A stretch of 64,000 nucleotides of DNA from assembly GCA_963667845.2 (NCBI GenBank), contig CAXXVL010000001.1, forward strand, positions 608,001-672,000, written 5' to 3'. This DNA is from Smithellaceae bacterium. Lineage in GTDB: Bacteria; Desulfobacterota; Syntrophia; Syntrophales; Smithellaceae. The notes below the pieces were generated by a model. The model was not told the origin of the DNA and did no database searches. It saw nothing but the letters and a program-made list of their open reading frames with translations. Position numbers and translations under genes: made by a program. Below, piece by piece: positions 57,438 through 64,000 of this stretch. How positions within the stretch are numbered: position 1 is the stretch's first letter; each line of letters opens with the position of its first letter.

Positions 57438-58773
57438 AATTAAAGATTTTATCCTTGGCCAGGTCGTGATAGATCGGCGGTCTCTGACCGACGCGATAAT
57501 CCCAGGTGCCCACGACCCGTTCTTTTTCCAGAGCCTTAATCTGATCTTCCGTCAATCCCAGAATTTTCTTGAAGACGTAGCGGTTGTGATAGCCGAGCGG
57601 TCGGGTCAGCCATTTGATTCTGCCCGGTGTAAGGCTTAGCATGGCGATCGGTCCTTCGACGAGCAGCTTCTTATACATATCATCTTCAAAGAGAATGGCG
57701 CTGCCTCTCTCCCTGCGCCACTCGTCCTGGCTGATCTGGACATCGTCCATGACTTCGGCCGCGGCAAACCGGTTTTTCCTGGCCAATTGGGCCAGTTCCG
57801 ATGCGTCCTTGGTCCGCACCCATTCTTCAAGGACTTTATTCAAGGCCAGTGCGTTTTCGCGCTTGAGCCGGCTTATAGCCTTTTTATATATTTCATTTTG
57901 CGCGAGGTCATCACGGCCGAGAACTCTGCACAGCGATTGAAATTGCTTGTCCGTGGCAATGGCGATGGCAACGAATTTTTCGTCCCGCGTCTTGAATATC
58001 CCCGAGGGGGACATGGTCGGGTCCATGTTGCCGGTGCGCCCCAGGCTTTCGCCGGTCGCGTCATGGTAGGTAAAGTGGCCCAGCGTCCGCATCAGGATTT
58101 CCGCCTGGCAGCCGTCGATATACTGTCCCTCGCCTGCGCGTTCCCGGTAATTGAGTGCAATGAGGATGAGCATGGCTGCGTAATAGGCAGGGAAGAAGTC
58201 TCCGAAAAAATCGGGAACTTTAAAATATTTATCCGTGTCCGGGTGACCGGTGACGGACAGCACGCCGCTCGCGCCCTGAGCCAGAAGATCCCAGCCCGGA
58301 GCGTACCGCCTCGGGCCGTATTGTCCATAAGTGCTGAGACTTGCGTAAATGACTTTCGGATTGATCTTGCTCACCTGCGAATAGCCGATGCCCCAGGCCT
58401 CCACGGTCCCGGAGGTGAAATTTTCGATGACGACATCGGCCTTCTCGGCAAGCTTCAAAATCAGGTCCTTGCCCTTGGGTTTCTTGACGTCAATGCCGAC
58501 GAAATATTTCCCGGGGTTGATGAAATGCCACAGGGGATTGGAGTGCTTCCAGTACTTGCCCCAGTAGGTTCCTCCCCGCCAGTAGTCACCCTGGTAGGGA
58601 ACTTCCACCTTGATCACTTCGGCGCCATACTGTCCCAGGGTCTTTGCCGCCGTCGGCCCGAAAATCATATGGGACAAATCGAGCACGCGGATGCCTTTGA
58701 GCGCTTCGGCCTTTTTATCGATGTCCTCCCGGGCAAAAAGCTTGTCGGTAAAATTAAAATAGTCTTCAGTCAT
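57415..58773 (-). CDS. Class III CoA-transferase subunit
   Basis: L.GIRVLDLS…GP, GAEVIKVE, ADVVIENF, YGQYGP, GD catalytic position. Confidence 0.9.
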   Translation of the reverse strand: MTEDYFNFTDKLFAREDIDKKAEALKGIRVLDLSHMIFGPTAAKTLGQYGAEVIKVEVPYQGDYWRGGTYWGKYWKHSNPLWHFINPGKYFVGIDVKKPKGKDLILKLAEKADVVIENFTSGTVEAWGIGYSQVSKINPKVIYASLSTYGQYGPRRYAPGWDLLAQGASGVLSVTGHPDTDKYFKVPDFFGDFFPAYYAAMLILIALNYRERAGEGQYIDGCQAEILMRTLGHFTYHDATGESLGRTGNMDPTMSPSGIFKTRDEKFVAIAIATDKQFQSLCRVLGRDDLAQNEIYKKAISRLKRENALALNKVLEEWVRTKDASELAQLARKNRFAAAEVMDDVQISQDEWRRERGSAILFEDDMYKKLLVEGPIAMLSLTPGRIKWLTRPLGYHNRYVFKKILGLTEDQIKALEKERVVGTWDYRVGQRPPIYHDLAKDKIFNYEGGDDH

Positions 58774-58775
58774 TT

Positions 58776-59480
58776 TTACATTCCTATATAAGCTTTTTTC
58801 ACCAGTTCGCTGTTTAAGAGAAAATCGTTTGTTCCTGTGAGGACAACGTGACCGTCCTGCAGCACATACCCACGGCTGGCGACTTCTAATGCATACAATG
58901 CGTTCTGTTCCGAGAGAAGCACGGTAATTCCGTCCGCGGGGAATGTTTTAATGACATCATAAATCTGCGACATGATGAGCGGGCTTAACCCCAGCGAAGG
59001 CTCATCGATCATCAGAAGTTTTGGCTGGGCCATGAGTCCCCGGGCGATAACCAGCATCTGCTGTTCGCCGCCGCTCATCAGGCTGGCGGTCTGAGTGGCG
59101 CGTTCTTTCAGGATGGGGAACAGGGCGCAGACTTTCTCCATCATTTCCTTTCTCTTCTTCCAGGCCTTGACCGTACTGGCTCCCATCAGCAAGTTTTCTT
59201 TCACGGACAGGTAAGGGAATATTTTCCTTCCTTCGGGAATCTGGGAGATCCCTTTTTTGACGATGTTGTCGGACGACTCCTTGTGGATGTCCTCACCGAA
59301 GAAAGAGATCGTTCCTGACTTGGCGGGCAATACGCCGGAGATGTTGTTGAGCAATGTAGTTTTTCCTGCACCGTTGGCGCCCAGGAGGGCGACGATCTCC
59401 CCCTGCTCGATCTGCAGATTCACGTCATGAAGGACGGGGATCACACCATAAGCGGCATTCAGGTTTTTAATGTTGAGCAT
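58776..59480 (-). CDS. Branched-chain-type ABC transporter ATPase (LivF-like)
   Basis: GANGAGKTT, MSGGEQQM, DEPSLGL. Confidence 0.92.
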   Translation of the reverse strand: MLNIKNLNAAYGVIPVLHDVNLQIEQGEIVALLGANGAGKTTLLNNISGVLPAKSGTISFFGEDIHKESSDNIVKKGISQIPEGRKIFPYLSVKENLLMGASTVKAWKKRKEMMEKVCALFPILKERATQTASLMSGGEQQMLVIARGLMAQPKLLMIDEPSLGLSPLIMSQIYDVIKTFPADGITVLLSEQNALYALEVASRGYVLQDGHVVLTGTNDFLLNSELVKKAYIGM

Positions 59481-60201
59481 GGCGGCCTCCCAGATATGCC
59501 TCAATGATTTTGGGATCCGAGGTGACTTCCCGGGGCGGACCCTCCGCGATCTTTTTGCCGTATTGAAGAACAACTACCCGCTGGGTCGCGTTCATGATGA
59601 TCTTCATGACATGTTCGATCCACAGGATGGTGAAGGCAAACTGTTCCTGAGCGCTCCAGATCATATCCAGCGCGTGCGACGCCTCCATCGGATTCAGGCC
59701 GGCCATGACTTCGTCCAGCAGGAGCAGTTTCGGTGTGGTAGCGAGCGCCCGGGCCAGTTCCAGCATGCGCAATTCATAGAGATTCAAATCCCGCGCCAGG
59801 GTGTCGCGTTTGGAGAACAGCCCCACGAACTCCAGATAGTAGGAGGCCTCCAGAGCCGCATCGGGAACGCTCATATTGGGACGATGCTTCCCGTTTAAGA
59901 CGCCGACCATCACCCCGGCCAGGGCGGTCATGGATTCGAAGGGCTGGGGGATCTGATACGTCCGGGAAATACCCAGCTTGCAGATCTTATGGCTGGGGAG
60001 GCCTGTGATATCCGTTCCGTCAAAGCGGATGGTTCCGTGATCGGGTCTGTAAATGCCGCAGATCAGATTCAGCATCGTGGTTTTGCCCGCACCGTTAGGG
60101 CCGATTAAACCGACGACTTCCCCCTCGGCAACGGAAAAGCTGACGTCGCTTACAGCGGCAAGTCCTCCAAATTTTTTTGATACGGTCGTTATCGTAAGCA
60201 C
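59467..60201 (-). CDS. ABC transporter ATPase (LivG-like)
   Basis: FGGL.AV, GPNGAGKTT, LLDEV.AGL, IEH. Confidence 0.92.
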   Translation of the reverse strand: MLTITTVSKKFGGLAAVSDVSFSVAEGEVVGLIGPNGAGKTTMLNLICGIYRPDHGTIRFDGTDITGLPSHKICKLGISRTYQIPQPFESMTALAGVMVGVLNGKHRPNMSVPDAALEASYYLEFVGLFSKRDTLARDLNLYELRMLELARALATTPKLLLLDEVMAGLNPMEASHALDMIWSAQEQFAFTILWIEHVMKIIMNATQRVVVLQYGKKIAEGPPREVTSDPKIIEAYLGGRHAQH

Positions 60202-60205
60202 GATG

Positions 60206-61249
60206 CTATTCTCTCCTTACATGAAGTTTGGGGAAATAATCCCGGGGCCGTTTTTTCCTGTAGAGGCCCCATAATCCTTCTCCGCGGGGAAGAAAAACAA
60301 TCAACGCGATCAAAATCGCCGGGAATACAAAGTAGTTCACGGGACCGAGCCCCCGCAAAGAATCTTCGAGAATGGAAATCAGATAAGCTCCCGGGATGGC
60401 GCCATAGAGAAAAGCCCTTCCCCCGACGATGACGATGATGAGGATCTTGGTCATAAAATCCAGAGGAAGATAGGTCACCCCGGCGAAGGTGCGGAACGTG
60501 TGGACGATAAACCAGCCGGCGATTCCGGTTAGGATGGACGGAGCCACGTAAAAGAATATTTTGTAAGCGTCTACCCTCACCCCCATCATGCGGGCCACGT
60601 TCTCGTTTTCGTTGACCGCCGCCATGCTGATGCCGATCCGCGAACGCACCGTACGGTCGCAGACGAGGAGATAAGCGAGCATCAAAAACAGCGACAGATA
60701 GTAATAGGCGATGTAATTCCAGGAAACCTTTTCAAATGTCAGCAGAGGACTCATTCCCACGAGGCCCACTTCTCCGCGGAACAGGTCTCCCCAAATGTAA
60801 GTCACATCCAGGAAGGTCAGCGGCAGGATCAGGGTGATGAGTGAAAAGTACAGCCCTTTGGCGATCAGGGTCGTCGGGCTCAAAGCAAGTGAGATAACGG
60901 CGCAGACGGTAATGGTGGCCGCAAGCGTCATGGCGGGACTCCAGCCGAAGTGCAGATTCAGCAGGGCGGCCGTATAACCGCCGATTCCCAGATAGAGCTG
61001 CGGACCAAAATTGACGCGGCCCGTTCCCAGCATCTGAAGAGCCAGGGGGATCGCGATAGCGGCATAGATATTGGCCGTCGTGATCATGGTCAGGATGTGC
61101 GGATAGGAGTGGACGAACAGAGGCAGAATCAGCAAAACACCGATGCCGATTGTCGGGTTTCTCCAGTAACGCGGTTCGATCACCCATTCCGTTTTTTTAT
61201 CCCGCCAGCGCGCAACAATGCGGTCACGGCGTAATTCAAAGTTTACCAT
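60206..61249 (-). CDS. ABC transporter permease (LivM-like)
   Basis: Multi-TM; GLYF.L.TL, A..ENE..A..MG. Confidence 0.85.
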   Translation of the reverse strand: MVNFELRRDRIVARWRDKKTEWVIEPRYWRNPTIGIGVLLILPLFVHSYPHILTMITTANIYAAIAIPLALQMLGTGRVNFGPQLYLGIGGYTAALLNLHFGWSPAMTLAATITVCAVISLALSPTTLIAKGLYFSLITLILPLTFLDVTYIWGDLFRGEVGLVGMSPLLTFEKVSWNYIAYYYLSLFLMLAYLLVCDRTVRSRIGISMAAVNENENVARMMGVRVDAYKIFFYVAPSILTGIAGWFIVHTFRTFAGVTYLPLDFMTKILIIVIVGGRAFLYGAIPGAYLISILEDSLRGLGPVNYFVFPAILIALIVFLPRGEGLWGLYRKKRPRDYFPKLHVRRE

Positions 61250-62118
61250 AGGGTCTCTCCTGCAAAGATTCCCCCGCGCCGGTAAATCATCACAACCAGC
61301 GTGACGATTAAGGCGGCAAGCCCCATGAAGCGGGAGACGAGAACGAAGCTGACCGTGGCGTGGATAAATCCGATCAGATAGGAAGCCACAATGCTGCCCT
61401 TGAGATTGCCCAGGCCCCCGAGAATGGAAATCAGCATGGCGGTCATCAGAAGGGACGCGCCCATGAACGGATCAACCCCCCAGAAAGGCGCGATCATGAT
61501 CATGCAGATCGTGGGGGGGATCACCGAGAGGATCATGGCCAGGTAATACATCCGGTTGACATTCGCTCCCATGAGCAGGGCGGCCGGCAGGTTTTGGCTA
61601 ATCGCCCGGATAATCAGGCCGATTCTTGTTTTCATGAACCACAGCACGTAGACGGCTGTTACCAGGATTCCCGCCAGCGCGGCAAAAATCATCTGGTAGG
61701 CAATGGTGACACCGCCGATGGAGAGGACGTCGTCAAGGATCGTTGAAGGAATGCTGACGCCGGCCGTCACCGGATACAAATAGTTGGCCAGATGGGCGAC
61801 GACCAGAAAAATGAGGATGGAGATGGTCAGGAGAACTTCCTCCTCTTCCAGGTAGCGCTGAAAAACGCCTTTGTAAAAGACCATGAGCGCGAAGGCGCAT
61901 TGAACCAAAACCATCAGCAGGAGGCTGGGCAAGAGTCCCAGGTGCACATCCTCCATAAAGAACCAGGTGACATAAGCGGCTATTACAAATACCACACCGT
62001 ATCCCAAATGAAATATGCGGAGCACCCCGCAGATGAGTGAGAAGCCCAGCGAAATCAGAAGATAGATGGACCCCCAGATCACGGAGTAGATGATAATCTG
62101 CAGAACGATATTATTCAT
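61243..62118 (-). CDS. ABC transporter permease (LivH-like)
   Basis: GSIY.L..LGFSL..G, RA..QN..AA.LMG, ILGGLG. Confidence 0.88.
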   Translation of the reverse strand: MNNIVLQIIIYSVIWGSIYLLISLGFSLICGVLRIFHLGYGVVFVIAAYVTWFFMEDVHLGLLPSLLLMVLVQCAFALMVFYKGVFQRYLEEEEVLLTISILIFLVVAHLANYLYPVTAGVSIPSTILDDVLSIGGVTIAYQMIFAALAGILVTAVYVLWFMKTRIGLIIRAISQNLPAALLMGANVNRMYYLAMILSVIPPTICMIMIAPFWGVDPFMGASLLMTAMLISILGGLGNLKGSIVASYLIGFIHATVSFVLVSRFMGLAALIVTLVVMIYRRGGIFAGETLW

Positions 62119-62233
62119 AGGGTCTGCGTTCCCCCTTTTTTTTGATCGTAAGCTTCCGGGTATGAATGAACTGTGTTGAAAAACTCCAAGAGCACCGGAT
62201 CATCCTGAAAGAAAATGATGACGTTGACGTTTT

Positions 62234-62268
62234 CGGGGAATCCGTACGCATTGGCGACGGATTCCCCG
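62234..62268. terminator. Stem-loop downstream of the binding-protein gene (terminator or mRNA stabiliser)
   Basis: CGGGGAATCCGT…ACGGATTCCCCG 12-bp stem. Confidence 0.6.
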
Positions 62269-62274
62269 CACGGG

Positions 62275-63534
62275 TTACTTCCGCAAATCCTTCGGCGCCT
62301 TGTAATCTGTCATTTTATACTTGAGAGGATAGATGACCTTCATTTCGCCGCCCTGCCATTGGACGATCGGCGTTACGTACTTGGGTGGAGGAAGGTTGTA
62401 ATGGTATTTCGGATTCCAGCCGATGGTGCCCAGGACGGCCACTTCTTCAACCTGCTCCAATTGCTTGATCAGGTTGTCGATGTTCCCAGTTCCGCCGGCT
62501 TTTTCGATTGCTTTCTTGAAGCCGTAAATGGTGTCATAGGTTGTGTGGGAACCGAAGATAGGACCGACCTTATAATTCTTTACCAGATTATCCATGAACG
62601 GAATCGTCTTGGGGGTGATGGCCACTCTGACCAGAGAGGATCCAACCATGACGCCGTTTGCTTTGCCTTCCGTCATTTTCCAGATCGGAGGCATACCGGC
62701 CAGCCCTCCCCAGATGAATACGGGGGTATTTCGGGCGCTCGATTGAGCCCACTGTTTGACAAAGGCCGGTTCATCAATGTAGCCGACGGCACAGTCGATG
62801 AGGTCGGCACCGGATTTGGCGATTTCCTCAAAGATGGGGTTAAACATCTTCTGGTCGAGAGAGATGGTCGTTTCATAAACGACATTGACGCCTTTTGCTT
62901 TATAAATCTCCTTCAAAGACGGAGAAACATTGGGAATGCCGTTGCGCAATGGTTTGGTCCATTCCATATCTTCGTAAAGAATAGCCACTTTTTTGATTTT
63001 GATCTGGTTCTTGAAGCAATCGATGTTGTCGGGAGCCAAAATTTTCAGGTAGTTGGTCGAGATGGCGTAATAGGTCTGGAAACCGAACCGGTACTTCTTA
63101 TAGTTGTCGCGGACACGATGCCAGATGTCGTCTCCGGAACCGATCGTGCTGAAGAAAATGTGCGGATATTCGGGAAAAAGTTCTGCTCCGATCTCCATGC
63201 CGGCGACGCCCATCTCCACTTTTTCTCCGATGAAGACGGCCAGAACTTTGTCGTTCATGACAAGCTTTTTATAGATCTCAACGCATTTGGGGATTTCGCC
63301 TTTGGTGTCTTCGACAATGAGCTTGATTTGACGTCCTTGAATGCCGCCCGCTTTATTGATCTCATCGACCGCCATGGTTGCTGCCGCTTTGGCGCTCAGT
63401 GAAAAGGGAGCGGACATGTTTCCCATGAAGCCGATCTTGATGGGTCCCGTTGTGTCCGGAGCTGCCCAGGCTCCTGTGGTCATCAAAAGAAAAACAAAAA
63501 TCATTCCGGCAAACAGATGTATCTTTTTCATCAT
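62275..63534 (-). CDS. ABC transporter substrate-binding protein (Liv/PBP1 type)
   Basis: Signal peptide; IKIG…A..EIN.AGGI.GR.I.L..ED; QWQ.G….IYP. Confidence 0.9.
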   Translation of the reverse strand: MMKKIHLFAGMIFVFLLMTTGAWAAPDTTGPIKIGFMGNMSAPFSLSAKAAATMAVDEINKAGGIQGRQIKLIVEDTKGEIPKCVEIYKKLVMNDKVLAVFIGEKVEMGVAGMEIGAELFPEYPHIFFSTIGSGDDIWHRVRDNYKKYRFGFQTYYAISTNYLKILAPDNIDCFKNQIKIKKVAILYEDMEWTKPLRNGIPNVSPSLKEIYKAKGVNVVYETTISLDQKMFNPIFEEIAKSGADLIDCAVGYIDEPAFVKQWAQSSARNTPVFIWGGLAGMPPIWKMTEGKANGVMVGSSLVRVAITPKTIPFMDNLVKNYKVGPIFGSHTTYDTIYGFKKAIEKAGGTGNIDNLIKQLEQVEEVAVLGTIGWNPKYHYNLPPPKYVTPIVQWQGGEMKVIYPLKYKMTDYKAPKDLRK

Positions 63535-63601
63535 GCTTCCTCCTGTTTTTTATATATTTTTCTTGAAAAGAACCGCAATCCGGTAAATCTCTATAACAAA
63601 C

Positions 63602-63631
63602 ATTATATAAAACTATATCTACGGGTGTCAA
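63602..63631 (-). promoter_or_regulatory. Sigma-70 promoter of the ABC/CoA-transferase operon
   Basis: TTGACA-18 nt-TATAAT on the minus strand, about 70 nt upstream of the start. Confidence 0.7.
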
Positions 63632-63928
63632 CGAAAATAACAGTCCGCAGGGGTCTTCCTGGGCCTTTCGTCTCTCATCATGTGTCAAAATACGAAGATA
63701 GAAGCAGAAAATATTCTTGCCTGATCCATTCGGAATCCGGTGGAAGACATCGCGGGGATGATGGTTCTTCAGCGGGATCATTTCAAGAAAGCCTCCCACT
63801 GCGGGGTCTCCCTGCCTGAGCACTCCTCCGGGGACTGCCGTGCATTTCGCGAACTGGTATAAGGTTGCCCCGGATGCGCTTGTGAGGTGTGAACAAACCG
63901 GAGAGCACCGCATTTTATTTGATTATGG

Positions 63929-63959
63929 TTGACAAAAAAAATCCTTATGCCAGTATAAT
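63929..63959 (+). promoter_or_regulatory. Possible divergent sigma-70 promoter for a gene beyond the window
   Basis: TTGACA…TATAAT, but the spacer is 19 nt and contains an A-run. Confidence 0.4.
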
Positions 63960-64000
63960 CAACTTCAATTGCAATTATTCGCCGATAGAAGGTTACAACG

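Noticed and set aside
63640..63915. Possible riboswitch or ncRNA in long intergenic regions (also 7450-7650, 13640-13930, 20040-20340, 55820-56080)
   Set aside because: I could not match any known consensus (cobalamin, c-di-GMP, TPP, SAM, yybP) by eye. An Rfam/Infernal scan would be needed.

Overview
A 64-kb chromosomal window from an anaerobic deltaproteobacterium. The gene content suggests Syntrophales/Smithella, but that assignment is an inference. It carries about 47 recognisable CDSs: housekeeping genes (ahbD/ahbA, polA, uvrC, mntP, recQ, proB, obgE, rpmA, rplU), lipid and acyl-CoA metabolism genes, three MCPs, and a Liv-type ABC transporter operon with two class III CoA-transferases. 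I found no rRNA, tRNA, CRISPR array, transposase or integrase. Four things stand out. (1) A small GIY-YIG (Ssn-like) nuclease gene sits inside the loop of one unit of a tandem array of its own palindromic repeats. (2) A mirror-image cluster FeS>tetR>hypA>hypB<hypA<FeS pairs nickel-maturation genes with two uncharacterised Cys-rich Fe-S proteins, with no hydrogenase in the window. (3) An intergenic repeat with IS200/IS605-like hairpins occurs 8 times, alongside a second, nested palindromic repeat family. (4) An AT-rich orphan ORF is bounded by integron-cassette-like GTTAGG/CCTAAC ends. Product calls come from motifs recognised by eye; no database searches were run.
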